A stretch of 64,000 nt of DNA from Scyliorhinus canicula (taxonomy: Eukaryota), in assembly GCF_902713615.1 (NCBI RefSeq), contig NW_024056013.1, positions 1,325,420 to 1,389,419 on the forward strand. Direction: 5' to 3'. The notes beneath the pieces are model-generated. The model saw only the letters and a program-made list of their open reading frames with translations. It was not told where the DNA came from and searched no databases. Made by a program: the position numbers and the translations under genes. Positions 10,106-22,650 of the stretch are shown in pieces. The stretch's first letter is position 1, and each line of letters opens with the position of its first letter.

Positions 10106-13100
10106 AGAAGAACATAAGAACATAAGAACTAGGAGCAGGAGTAGGCCATCTGGTCCATCGAGCCTGCTCCGCCATTCAACGAGATCATGGCGGATCTTTT
10201 GTGGACTCAGCTCCACTTTCCGGCCTGAACACCATAACCCTTAATCCCTTAATTCTTCAAAAAACTATCTATCTTTCCCTTAAAAACATGTAATGAAGGA
10301 GCCTCAACTGCTTCACTGGGCAAGGAATTCCATAGATTCACAACCCTTTGGGTGAAGAAGTTCCTCCTAAACTCAGACCTAAATCTACTTCCCCTTATTT
10401 TGTGGCTATGTCCCCTAGTTCTGCTTTCACCCGCCAGTGGAAACAACCTACCCGCATCTATCCGATCTATTCCCTTCAAAATTTTAAATGTTTCTAAAAG
10501 ATCCCCCCTCATCCTTCTAAATTCCAACGAGTACAGTCCCAGTCTACTCAACCTCTCCTCATAATCCAACCCCTTCAGCTCTGGGATTAACCTCGTGAAT
10601 CTCCTCTGCACACCCTCCAGTGCCAGTATGTCCTTTCTCAAGTAAGGAGACCAAAACTGAACGCAATACTCCAGGTGTGGCCTCACTAATACCTTATACA
10701 ATTGCAACATAACCTCCCTAGTCTTAAACTCCATCCCTCTAGCAATGAAGGACAAAATTCCATTTGCCTTCTTAATCACCTGTTGCACCTGTAAACCAAC
10801 TTTCTGTGACTCATGCACTAGCACACCCAGGTCTCTCTGCACAGTGGCATGCTTTAATATTTTATCGTTTAAATAATAATCCCCTTTGCTGTTATTCCTA
10901 CCAAAATGGATAACCTCACATTTGTCAACATTGTATTCCATCTGCCAGACCCTAGCCCATTCACTTAACCTATCCAAATCCCTCTGCAGACTTCCAGTAT
11001 CCTCTGCACTTTTCGCTTTACCACTCATCTTAGTGTCATCTGCAAACTTGGACACATTGCCCTTGGTCCCCAACTCCAAACCATCCATGTAAATTGTGAA
11101 AAATTGTGGGCCCAACACGGATCCCTGAGGGACACCACTAGCTACTGATTGCCAACCAGAGAAACACCCATTAATCCCCACTCTTTGCTTTCTATTAATT
11201 AACCAATCCTCTATCCATGCTACTACTTTACCCTTAATGCCATGCATCTTTATCTTATGCAGCAACCTTTTGTGTGGCACCTGGTCAAAGGCTTTCTGGA
11301 AATCCAGATATACCACGTCCATTGGCTCCCCGTTATCTACTGCACTGGTAATGTCCTCAAAAAATTCCACTGAATTAGTTAGGCACGACCTGCCCTTTAT
11401 GAACCCATGCTGCATCTGCCCAATGGGACAATTCCTATCCAGATGCCTCGCTATTTCTTCCTTGATGATAGATTCCAGCATCTTCGCTACTACCGAAGTT
11501 AAGCTCACTGGCCTATAATTTCCTGCGCTCTGCCTACCTCCTTTTGTTAAACAGTGGTGTCACGTTTGCTATTTTCTAATCCACCGGGACCACCCCAGAG
11601 TCTAGTGAATTTTGGTAAATCATCATTAGTGCATCTGCAATTTTCCTAGCCATTTCTTTTAGCACTCTGGGATGCATTCCATCAGGGCCAGGTGACTTGT
11701 CTACCTTTAGCCCCATTAGCTTGCCCATCATTCCCTCCTTAGTGATAACAATCCTCTCAAGGTCCTCACCTGCCATAGCCTCATTTCTATCAGTCGCTGG
11801 CATTTTATTTGTGTCTTCTACTGTGAAGACCGACCCAAAAAACCTGTTCAGTTCCTCAGCCATTTCCTCATCTCCCATTATTAAAACTCCCTTCTCATCC
11901 TCTAAAGGACCAATATTTACCTTAGCCACTCTTTTTTGTTTTATATATTTTTTAAAACTTTTGCTGTCTGTTTTTATATTCTGAGCAAGTTTACTCTCAT
12001 ACTCTATCTTACTCTTCTTTATAGCTTTTTAGTAGCTTTCTGTTGCCCCCTATAGATTTCCCAGTCCTCTAGTCTCCCACCAATCTTTGCCACCTTATAT
12101 GCTTTTTCCTTCAATTTGATACTCTCCCTTATTTCCTTAGATATCCACGGTCGATTTTCCCTCTTTCTACCGTCCTTCCTTTTTGTTGGTATAAACCTTT
12201 GCTGAGCATTGTGAAAAATCGCTTGGAAGGTTCTCCACTGTTCCTCAACTGTTCCACCATAAAGTCTTTTCTCCCAATCTACCATAGCTAGTTCTTCTCT
12301 CATCCCATTGTAATCTCCTTTGTTTAAACACAAAACACTAGTATTTGATTTTACTTTCTCACCCTCCATCTGTATTTTAAATTCCACCATATTGTGATCG
12401 CTCCTTCCGAGAGGATCCCTAACTATGAGATCATGAATCAATCCTGTCTCATTACACAGTTCAAGACCTAGGATCGCTTGTTCCCTCGTAGGTTCCATTA
12501 CATACTCTTCTAGGAAACTATCGCGGATACATTCTATGAACTCCTCCTCAAGGACCTTGACCGACCTGGTTAAACCAATCGACATGTAACAGGGCAACAC
12601 GGTAGCATGGTGGTTAGCATAAATGCTTCACAGCTCCAGGGTCCCAGGTTCGATTCCCGGCTGGGTCACTGTCTGTGCGGAGTCTGCACGTCCTCCCCAT
12701 GTGTGCGTGGGTTTCCTCCGGATGCTCCGGTTTCGTCCCACAGTCCAAAGATGTGTGGGTTAGGTGGAATGGCCATGCTAAATTGCCCGTAGTGTCCTAA
12801 AAGGTTGGGGGGGGGAGTTGTTGGGTTACGGGTATGGGGTGGATACGTGGGTTTGAGTAGGGTGATCATTGTTCGGCACAACATTGAGGGCCGAAGGGCC
12901 TGTTCTGTGCTGTACTGTTCTATGTTCTATGTAAATTAAAATCCCCCATGATAACTGCTGTACCATTTCTACATGCATCAGTTATTTCTTTGTTTATTGC
13001 CTGCCCCACCATAACGTTACTATTTGGTGGCCGATGGACTACTCCTATCAGTTACTTTTTCGCCTTACTATTCCTGATTTCCACCCAAATGGATTCAACC

Positions 13101-13545
13101 TTATCCTCCATAGCACCAATGTCATCCCTTACTATTGCCCGGATGTCATCCTTAAATAACAGAGCAACACCACCTCCCTTACCATCCACTCTGTCCTTCC
13201 GAATAGTTTGATACCCTCGGATATTTAACTCCCAGTCGTGGCCATCCTTTAACCATGTTTCAGTAATGGCCACTAAATCATAGTAATTCACGATGATTTG
13301 TGCCATCAACTCATTTACTTTATTCCGAATACTACGAGCATTCAGGTAAAGTACACTTATGTTGGTTTTTTTACCTCTGTTTTAACCCTGATCTTAACCT
13401 CTCCAGTTTTAGTCATTTTAGTATTACTGGGCCTATTCACTGAGCTCCCCTCAGTCACTGTACCTTGTACTGTCGCCCTTTTTGATTTTTGACTATGTCT
13501 TCTCTGCCTTGCACTTTCCCCTTACTTCCTTTTGCTTCTGTCCCT
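10106..13545 (-). mobile_element. CR1-clade LINE with a complete-length but disrupted ORF2 (APE endonuclease + reverse transcriptase)
   Basis: ORF pieces 13052-13309 (LVAITETWL..GGGVAL), 12019-12600, 11576-11929 (KSPGPDGMHPRVLKE) and 10249-11508 (LDFQKAFD, GVPQGSVLGP, FADD); 3' tail (tcttatgt)n at ~10106-10125. Confidence 0.95.
12592..12930 (+). mobile_element. HE1-like V-SINE inserted into the CR1 ORF2
   Basis: Near-identical to 7284-7640; atgtaa occurs on both flanks (probable TSD). Confidence 0.9.
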
Positions 13546-13847
13546 GATCCTACTCTTGGGTCTCTGTCCCAGTGGAGTTTGCACGTTCTCCCCGTGACCC
13601 GTGGGTCTCACCCCCACAACCCAAAGATGTGCAGGCTAGGTGGATTGGCCATGCTAAATTGCCCCTTAATTGGAAAAATTAAGTTACAGAGATCGATGTC
13701 TGAGTGTCACAATCTCAACAGTAGATATGCAATGAAAAATATATTAAAGACTGAATTAGCAGCGGGCGAAAATGAAACGAGAACATTAAAAATATATCCT
13801 GCATTAATAAACAAACTAATTATATTCATTGGGCTCTATCCTCATAG

Positions 13848-13975
13848 ATACCACAGACCGCACCTCGACTGAAGACTATGAGGATGATAACGGGAACATC
13901 TGGACAACCGCTTCCACATTCATCACCCTGTTCTTCCTGAGCATTTCCTACAGCGCTGCAGTCACTCTGGTGAAG
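13848..13975 (+). CDS. IGHM: IgM transmembrane exon TM1
   Basis: Acceptor ctcatag|at, donor aag|gtgaga; DTTDRTSTEDYEDDNGNIWTTASTFITLFFLSISYSAAVTLVK has the conserved antigen-receptor TM motif. Confidence 0.95.
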
Positions 13976-14128
13976 GTGAGAAGATTCAATCCACTCACAC
14001 TTGAAACTGACAGAAACCGTTTAAATTAAATTATTAAACATTAATTAAACATTAAATTGATTAAAAACTCGAACATCAATGTTCCAGATCATAAACATCT
14101 GCTTCATCATTTTCTCTCTCTTTTACAG

Positions 14129-14137
14129 ATCAAGTGA
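14129..14137 (+). CDS. IGHM: IgM transmembrane exon TM2 (Ile-Lys-stop)
   Basis: Acceptor ttttacag|atc aag tga; phase 0 matches the TM1 donor; AATAAA at 14596-14601 is a plausible membrane-form polyA signal. Confidence 0.9.
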   Translation: MK

Positions 14138-14964
14138 TCGGTTGACTTTCAGACGCTGTAGATTTCCCTCAGCTGTTTATTATGATCTCTGTGTGACAGA
14201 AATACAATATCTCCTCTTGGTGACTCTAACAGTAAAATTCTCTCAGTTTATTATTCTGCATCTGTAACTGAGACAATCATGGACAGTATTTCTGCTTTTC
14301 AGTTTAAAATGTACCAGATAATTTTGGCTGTATTGTAATTGTAGCTAATAATTTCTCTCAATGTTATGTCTAAATAAGTAACTTACCTCGTACCTTATTT
14401 ACAACTGTTGCCTTCCCTTTATGTTGAGCTCCTTTTCTCTCTTGTGTCTGTTACAGTTGTACATGCATTTGGCAGCTCAGAGGGCATGTGTTCTGTTCTC
14501 ACTGTGACCCTCAATCGTTATGTTCCCTTTTGTCAACATCAAAATAAGCTTTTGTGTGATATTTTCGCTGAAATTGTAATAAATATTGAATGAAAAATAA
14601 AGAAAATCAAACTAATGTGAACTCCTTTCTCTAAGGTCTAGCGGCACTGATCGATTTCCCCGATTATACAGCGTTCTCCCCTTTCCCAGACAGATATTTC
14701 TCACCAGTCCTGTCTGGGATGTGTCTGAATTCAAGGCCCCTCAGTGAAAGGGCAACTGCGCCACCAAGCGGCCCATCCGGGTTAAGACACCTTCACCTTT
14801 GCCTTTTTTGGTCAACTCCAGAGACGACAGTGTGCCAGCTGAAGAATTCCACAGATTCACTCCCTTCTGATGGAAGAAATGTCTCCTCATCTCTGTCCTA
14901 AATTTGAGATCCCTTACTGTTAGATTAAGCGCTCTGGTCCTAGACTCTCCCACAAGAGGAAACA

Positions 14965-15650
14965 TGATGGTTTTTCAGGCTGTGTAACTGGTTAAAGCTC
15001 TTTCCACAGTCAGTTCACTGGAACACACTCACTCATAGAACATAGAACAGTACAGCACAGAACCGGCCCTTCGGCCCTCAATGTTGTGCCGAGCCATGAT
15101 CACCCTACTCAAACCCACGTATCCACCCTATACCCGTAACCCAACAACCCCCCCTTAACCTTACTTTTTAGGACACTACGGGCAATTTAGCATGGCCAAT
15201 CCACCTCACCCGCACATCTTTGGACTGTGGGAGGAAACCGGAGCACCCGGAGGAAACCCACGCACACAGGGGGAGGACGTGCAGACTCCACACAGACAGT
15301 GACCCAGCCGGGAATCGAACCTGGGACCCTGGAGCTGTGAAGCATTTATGCTAACCACCATGCTACCCTGCTGCCTCATGTGTGAGTTGTGTGGGTCTCG
15401 GGGCTTTTCCAGTCACCCTGATGTTTGAAATCTCTTCCCACAGTCAGAACAGACAAACACATTGACAGTTTGTGATATTTAGATCCTAATGAATAGAGTG
15501 ACTGTCAGATCTTGATGTTATATTTGGTTCGAGTTTCCCAGCTGCCAAACCTCCCGTTCAAATGCCTGAAAAAGAAGTTTACAAAAATGATCACTGTAAG
15601 AATGGGATAGAAATTCACAACAGATCATTCTAGTTTCTATCGAACCTTCT
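14965..15650 (-). pseudogene. Relic 5' part of a ZNF cassette (acceptor and fossil-finger leader only), split by a SINE and truncated by a CR1 fragment
   Basis: Minus strand reads ttttcag|gcatt (exon start 15565) ... tttcaaacatcagggtgactggaaaagccccgagac ... gtgttccagtgaactgactgtggaaagagctttaaccagttacacagcctgaaaaaccatc, homologous to 21537-21810. Confidence 0.8.
15037..15375 (-). mobile_element. HE1-like V-SINE with (c)tcat TSD
   Basis: Reverse complement of the 7284 copy; tcat at 15033-15036 and 15376-15379. Confidence 0.9.
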
Positions 15651-15924
15651 TTCCCTTGCTTTCCCCAAGCATGTGGTCCAGTCAAAATAAAAGACCAAAA
15701 TCAGCTAGAAACCACAACAAAAGTGTAGGGAATTTTCCTAAGTGAACCAGAATATTGTTACCAGTGTCTCTGAAACACTGTCCGCTGAGGTAGCCACTGG
15801 TTGTGGAAGGTGTCAAGCATTCCGGTGAATACTACATGCTCCCTCTGCAGGGCCACTGGGAATAGACAAGACCACGGAACAGAAGTCGGCAGCCAGAGTA
15901 ACCACCCCCCCCCCCCCATAATAA

Positions 15925-16195
15925 TATTAATCTTTATTGTCACAAGTAGGCATACATTAACACTGCAATGAAGTTACTGTGAAAATCCCACATTCCGGCG
16001 CCCATTCGGGTACACAGAGGGATAATTCAGAATGGCCAATTCACCTAACAGCTTCACGTCTTTCGGGACTTGTGGGAGGAAACCCGAGCACCTGGAGGAA
16101 ACGCACAGGGAGAAGGTGCAGACTCCACACAGACAGTGATGCAAGCTGGGCATCGAATCTCGGAACCTGGAGCTGTGAAGCAACAGTGCTATCCT
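15925..16195 (-). mobile_element. V-SINE subfamily with the alternative tail (...ttcacagtaacttcattgcagtgttaatgt..gcctacttgtgacaataaag)
   Basis: V-domain plus a non-CR1 tail; similar copies at ~17820-18126 (-), ~32930-33230 (-) and ~33781-34075 (+). Confidence 0.8.
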
Positions 16196-17329
16196 ACCCC
16201 ACCCAGCTACAATGCACTGTTTTAGCAGACTCAAAAATAGATTCAAGTTGTCACGTTCAGCACAAGGATACTGGATATCCACTGTAAGATCCACAAACTC
16301 TGCCAAGATGGCTTATTAATAATATATTATTATATTATTATGGACATTAAACTGTGGGCACCATTCGATTCTGTGACCAATATTTAGTTAAACACGGACC
16401 TGAATAAGGGAACTTTGCAGCCACCTGTGAAGTTTAAATGTGTCGTTGTGTCAGGATGAACCAGCATTTGAGGAATATGAAATCTCTGGACTGTTGGTCT
16501 CCAAGTGCCATATTGAACACAGGAGAATGAGCTCGAATTGGGGCAAAGATAAGCATGAGTGAGCATCGTAAACTGCTATTGCATCGGGGTGTTCTGGGTC
16601 TCAGAGTTTTAACCCTGCAGTTAATTGTCAGGGATGCAGTATAATAAACCCTGAACAAAGCAAATGTGTGTGTGAGAAGCATCTGAAGCACCAGGAACCA
16701 GCTGAACCAGCAGAGCTGAATGTCTCCCAATGCAGCCACAGGACTGAACTTATTCCAGCTTCCAAGTCCACCTGAGAACCAACCCCTGGCTATTCATCTA
16801 CAAGAAGCTTCAGAGCCTCGTGAGAATTATATATTTCTAAAAACGCTTCACTCCAACTAAAGGATCAGTTAAACAAGAAGACAACAGGCCTGCAGCGATA
16901 TAAAGATTGGAGGCTACATTCCATTTTCACCATCACAGCTTCAACTTGATATGTACCTAATTTCTGTGTATGTGTCAGTGAATGTGAAAGAGACGAGAGA
17001 CTGAGATGGTCAAACATCCAGGGAAATAGTGTGATAATAAATAATGTTCTATCCGTTAAAAATCACCAGTAAGCCTGCTGCTGAAATGTATTTTAAATAA
17101 AGAAATATCAAGCTGAGGGTCAGAAAATATCACAGAAACATCCTGATAATGGACTGGAAAGGACCACGAAATGTAATCAAACGCGGTATAACCCCCTTCA
17201 GGTAGCTGTACAGAGGCTGCAGCCTCTCACACTGAATGTCTACGTAATCCAGAGACACCTCCAGGCTACAAACATCCATCAGCTTCAGCCTGAGGGTGGG
17301 TGAAAGTTAAAAAAAATCGGTTTCCCATT

Positions 17330-17530
17330 TTATACTTTGCGGGCACTAGGACCCGGCTGGGAACAGAAACCTTCTGGGCCCGCCCACCAGCTGTTGCGTC
17401 CCAAGACGCCAGCGCATGCGCTCTGCTTCCCCAAGCTGGCGGCTGTGACGCAGGACCTGGTCCCGGGAGAGAGAGCTGACCGGCGGTCATGTGACCGGAG
17501 GATCACCACACCTCAGGCAAGGGGCCAGGT
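17330..17530 (+). promoter_or_regulatory. CpG-rich promoter-like region (NRF1-type site, TFE/USF-type E-box), probably for the ZNF at 21897
   Basis: GCGCATGCGC at 17412-17421; GTCATGTGAC at 17486-17495; local CpG enrichment. Confidence 0.55.
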
Positions 17531-18599
17531 TGGGAAGGCGGTGCCTTCAGGAATAACTGGGAAGGTGATGTTTGGTCAGTTGCTGCAGTCTGTGTAGTGA
17601 AGGTGCTGTCACAGTGGTGTGAGGTAAGGAAGTACAGGATTATCACCCAGCAATGATGAATTAAGGGGAATGTAAATCCAGCTCAGGCTGCTTTCAGATT
17701 GGAAAGGGAGCTAAGGTGTGTCCTGAGAGCTGGTGAATGTTGGGGCTTTGCCAGTTTCTCTGTAAAGTCCTTCTCATTCATTCCCCCTCTTTACAGCACG
17801 GATAGAGGCCTTAGGCCCATTCATAATAATCTTTATTAGTATCACAAGTCAGCTGACATTAACACTTCAATGAAGTTACGATGAAAATCCCCCAGTCACC
17901 AGACTCTGGCGCCTGTTCGGGTACACAGAGTGAGAATTCAGAATGTCCAATTCACCTAACAGGCTCATCTTTCGGGACTTGTGGGTGGAAACCGGAGCAC
18001 CCGGAATAACCCCATGCAAACACAGAAAGAACATACAGACTCCCCACAGACAGTGAACCAAGCGCAAAATCGAACCCAGGTCCCTGGTGCTGTGAAGCAA
18101 CAGTGCTACCCGCTGTGCTACCATGCCATCCATAAGATTATTAGATTACTAGCTCTGGACGAATTGTGTCCCAGTATGCTGTGGGACTTGAGGGAGAGAA
18201 TGCAGCGGCTCTGACCCAAAGTTTTAACCACAAATTAGGCCTGTTTTTGCTAGAATTTGGACATTTAAAGTGTGATCTAATTGAAGTATTTAAGATATTA
18301 ACAGGGAAAGACAGGGTCGATAAAGATCAACTATTTCCACTGGTTGGAGGTGCTAAAACTAGGGATCATTGTCTAAAAATCAGGGCTGGACCGTTCAGGA
18401 GAGATGTTAGGAAGAACTTCTTCACACACAGGGTGGGAGAGGTTTTCAACTCTCTCCCACAAACAGCAGGTGAAGCTGAAACAGTTAGAACATAGAACAG
18501 TACAGCACAGAACAGGCCCTTCGGCCCTCGATGTTGTGCCGGGCAATGATCACCCTACTTAAACCCACATATCCACCCTGTACCCGTAACCCAACTAAA

Positions 18600-19910
18600 T
18601 CCCACTAAATGGCAGGACAGACTCCTGTCCCTGTGTGTATTTCTGTGATTCTGAAATTCAGACAATACCATGACAGGGAAAGAGTCCGGATTAGAACCTG
18701 AGTTAGTCCGAGCTGCAAACCATCCCTCCAGATCCTTGCCCTTCATGGATTTAATAAAGGCCAAGGCAATAGTTGGATTATTGAAAGACTTGACGGAGTT
18801 GTTGGATACAATTTTTCGGGTCTCAGGATAAAGCCTGATGTAATTCACTCCCCACAGCCTTGAGCTGCCTTTGAACTTCATCAAAGCCTCGACGCTTCGT
18901 TTGTGTTGCTGCTGAAAAGTCCTGGAAGAAGTAAATCCTCACTCTTTCCTGGAGCCAGGTGCCACCTCGCCGTTCCCTCTCCAGGACATTCTTTCAAGTT
19001 GTGGAAGCGAATTATTACTGGCCTGGGATGAAAATTATCCCTCGGACTCACCGATGCACCGTTTCTAATTTGAAACGGCCAGGCTTCACATCCAGCTTGA
19101 GAAAACATGGCAGTCGGTCCTTGAAGAACCTAACGGGAGTCATACCCTCCACACTAAATGGACAGAAAATAACAGCATTTATGGGCAGCACGGTAGCACA
19201 GTGGTTAGCACAGTTGCTTCAATGGTCCAGGGTCCCAGGTTCGAATCCTGGTTTGGGTCACTGTCTGTCTGGAATCTGCACGTTCTCCCCGTGTCTGCGT
19301 AGGTTTACACCGGGTGCTCCGGTTTCCTCCCAGAGTCCAAAGATGTGCAGGTTAGGTGGATTGGCCATGATAAATTTCCCTTAGTGCCCAAATAAAAGGT
19401 TAGGTGGGGTTACTGTGTTACGGAGATGGGATATGGGCTTGGGTGGGGTGCTGTTTCCAAGGCGCAGACACGATGAGCTGAGTGGCCTCCTTCTGCGCTG
19501 TAAATTCTGTGATGACCATCAGACAGGCCGACAACTCGGATGTTCTTTCTCCGACCCTCGGTCCTCCAGGACCTCCGCCAGCCACTTGGCTGCTTTTCAA
19601 AGAATTGAATTCTTGCCTCCGTCAAGGAGGCATCTTGCTGAATGTTCAGGAATCTCTCCTCCGCATCATCGAGCCTCTTCATGGGGTTTTGCAACTGGGC
19701 CGCATGAGCTCACAGATATTGAGTCAGCACACTCAGCCTCTGGTCAATAACACGGATAATGTCGGCAGTCATCATTTTCGCCACCTCCCAGAGCGCCCTG
19801 GAGAGCGGGGGGTTGAGAGACCTCCTGAGGGTCAGGCCACCATGTTGAAAAGGCAGCTCCATTCCCGCTGAATCCACCTGCGCTGTTTTATCGATGATTT
19901 CTTCACTTTT
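18600..19910 (-). mobile_element. L1-clade LINE ORF1 fragment, frameshifted and interrupted by a V-SINE (19183-19510)
   Basis: Peptides RLDDAEERFLNIQQ..EGRRKNIRVVGL, PRPVIIRFH and RLYPETRKIV..KSFNNPTIALAFI resemble the L1 ORF1p coiled-coil, RRM and CTD. Confidence 0.75.
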
Positions 19911-19912
19911 AG

Positions 19913-20805
19913 AACATAGAACATTACAGCGCAGTACAGGCCCTTTGGCCCACGATGTTGCGCCATCCTGTGAAACCACTCTAAAGTCCCTCTACACTAT
20001 TCCCTTATCGCCCATATGCCTATCCAATGACCATTTGAATGTGTTTAGTATTGGCGAGTCCACTGCTGTTGCAGGCAGGGCATTCCACACCCTTACTACT
20101 CTCTGAGTAAAGAACCTACCTCTGATATCTGTCCTATATCTATCTCCCCTCAATTTAAAGCTATGTCCCTCTCGTGCTGGACATCACCATCCGAGGAAAA
20201 AGGCTCTCACCGTCCACCCTATCTAATCCTCTGATCATCTTGTATGCCTCAATTAAGTCACCTCTTAACCTTCTTCTCTCTAAAGAAAACAGCCTCAAGT
20301 CCTTCAGCCTTTCCTCATATGATCTTCCCTCCATACCAGGCAACATTCTTGTAAATCTCCTCTGTACCCTTTCCGATGCTTCCGCATCCTTCCTATAATG
20401 TGGCGACCAGAACTGCACACAATACTCCAAATGCGGCCGCACCAGAGTTTTGTACAACTGCAACATGACCTCATGGCTCCGAAACTCAATTCCTCTACCA
20501 ATAAAAGCTAACACACCATACACCTTCTTAACAACCCTCTCAACCTGGGTGGCAACTTTCAGGGATTTATGGACATGGACACCGAGATCTCTCTGCTCGT
20601 CCACACTACCAAGAATCTTCCCATTAGCCCAGTACTCTGTCTTCCTGTTATTCCTTCCAAAATGAATCACCTCACACTTTTCTGCATTAAACTCCATTTG
20701 CCACCTGTCAGCCGAGTTCTGCAGCTTATCTATGTCCCTCTGTAACTTGTAACATCCTTCTGCACTGTCCACAACTCCACCGACTTTAGTGTCATCTGCA
20801 AATTT
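19913..20805 (-). mobile_element. 5'-truncated CR1 (RT C-terminus and 3' UTR)
   Basis: ORF 20161-20814 KFADDTKVGG..RPHLEYCVQFWSP; tail tgttctatgttcta; near-identical 3' end at ~26385-26965 (-). Confidence 0.9.
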
Positions 20806-21896
20806 TTGCGGCATTATCCTACCAGACCAAACCCCGAGTCTTCCAGGGACACGATCAAGGATTAGGTAGATGAGTGCCGGGCAATCAGGATAAGTGTCAG
20901 ATTATAGGTTAGTGGCACCAGAACCTGTCGTAAGGCAGCTACTCCCGCACCCGTATCACATGCCTGACACCCCCCATCCCAGCCACAGACAGATTTCTGA
21001 TTGAGGGTGTGGAGGGTTATGGGGAACTGGCAGGTAAATTGAGAGAAAGCTGAGATGAGATGGGATTTCTTTGCTTGAGGATGTGGTGAAGGTTTGGAAT
21101 TCTCAACCTCCGAGGATTCTGGAGATTCAGTCATTAAGTATTTTCAAGACACAGACTGATAGGTTTCTAGATATTCAAGAGGTCAAGGGACATGGGGATA
21201 GTGTGGGGAAAACGGCGCTGATGTAGATCGGCCAATGATCCCATTGAATGGTTCAGGTTTGATGGGCCGAATGGCTGACTGCAGCTCATATTTGTTCTGA
21301 TCTCCTGGATGGGAAGCTGAGAGTTTGGATCTGTCAATCAGCCTGAATCAGCACCTTCGGGAGAATTGGGAGGGTGAATATTAGATACAGCAGAGTGAGA
21401 ATGGAGGGAGAGTGTGTGGGATGGAAATTTGCAGCTTTCGGGGAAGAAGAGAAAGGAAAAAATGTGACATAGAAACTAGAATTGTCTGTTTCTACCCTGT
21501 ACTGACAGTGATGAATTTTGTAAATTGTTTTTACAGGATATTAGACAAGGAGGAATTACAGACATAAATCTCAAAAGTCACGTCTCGACCTGATAGTCAC
21601 TCGATTCCTTAGAACCTGAATATCATCGGCCTTTGAATCAAGAAGGTGAAATGTTTACCGGAACTGTCAGCTAAAGATTTCAAACATCAGTGTGACTGGA
21701 AAAGCACCGAGACCCACACAACACACACCGGGTGAGAGTGTTTCAGTGAACTGACTGTGGAAAGAGCTTTAACCAGCTACACAACCTGAAAAAACATCAC
21801 AATATTCACAGCGTGTAAAGACCGGACCCGTGTTGTGTGTGTGGATGAGGCTTCAACTGATCATCCGGCTTAGAGAGACACGAGGAGACCCAAAAC

Positions 21897-22650
21897 ATGG
21901 AGAAACCGTGGAAATGTGAGGACTGTGGGAAGGGATTCCAAGCCCCATCTCAGGTGGAGATTCATATACGCAGTCACACCGGGGAGAGGCCGTTCACCTG
22001 CTCTCGGTGTGGGAAGGGATTCAGTGATTCATCCGGCCTGTGGAAGCATCAGCGAGTTCACACTGGGGAGAGGGTGTTCACCTGCTCCCATTGTGGGAAG
22101 GGATTCACTCAGTTATCCAACCTGCAGTCACACCAACGAGTTCACACTGGGGAGAGACCGTTCACCTGCTCTCAATGTGGGAAGGGATTCAGTAATTTAT
22201 TCAACCTGCAGACACATCAGCGAGTTCACACTGGGGAGAGGCCATTCACCTGCTCTCAAGTGTGGGAAAGGATTACTCACATTCCCACCTGCGGAGCCAC
22301 CAGCGAGTTCACACTGGGAGAGGCCATTCACCTGCTCCAAGTGTGGGAAAGGGATTTACTCAATTATCCACCCTGCAGACACACCAGCGAGTTCACTCTG
22401 GGGAGAGGCCTTTCACCTGCTCTCAGTGTGGGAAGGGATCAGTCAGTTAATCTCACCTTGCAGACACACCAGCGAGTTCATACTGGGGGAGAGGCCATTC
22501 ACCTGCTCCCAGTGTGGGAAAGGATTTACTCAGTTATCCACCCTGCGGAGACATCAGCGAGTTCACACTGGGGAGAGACCAGTTCACCTCTCAATGTGAG
22601 ACAGGATTGCATGTTTCATCGCACCTGCTGGTGACAACCAACAATTTCAC
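21897..22650 (+). pseudogene. C2H2 zinc-finger gene copy A: 4 intact fingers, then multiple frameshifts
   Basis: [20 protein letters not shown] repeats; frame breaks at ~22260 and again further on; acceptor ttttacag|g at 21536/21537. Some indels could be assembly errors. Confidence 0.75.

Noticed and set aside
8428-10216. Cys/Val-rich and His/Thr-rich short ORFs
   Set aside because: Products of (CA)n/(TG)n low-complexity sequence
2720-14137. Alternative identity as IgW or IgNAR
   Set aside because: Four C domains, the [20 protein letters not shown] tailpiece and the domain sequences fit shark IgM
21916-22599. Alternative-frame and antisense ORFs over ZNF exons (also 30518-30799, 36846-37490, 56893-57390)
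   Set aside because: Shadow frames of the repetitive 84-bp finger units, apart from the out-of-frame finger remnants already noted
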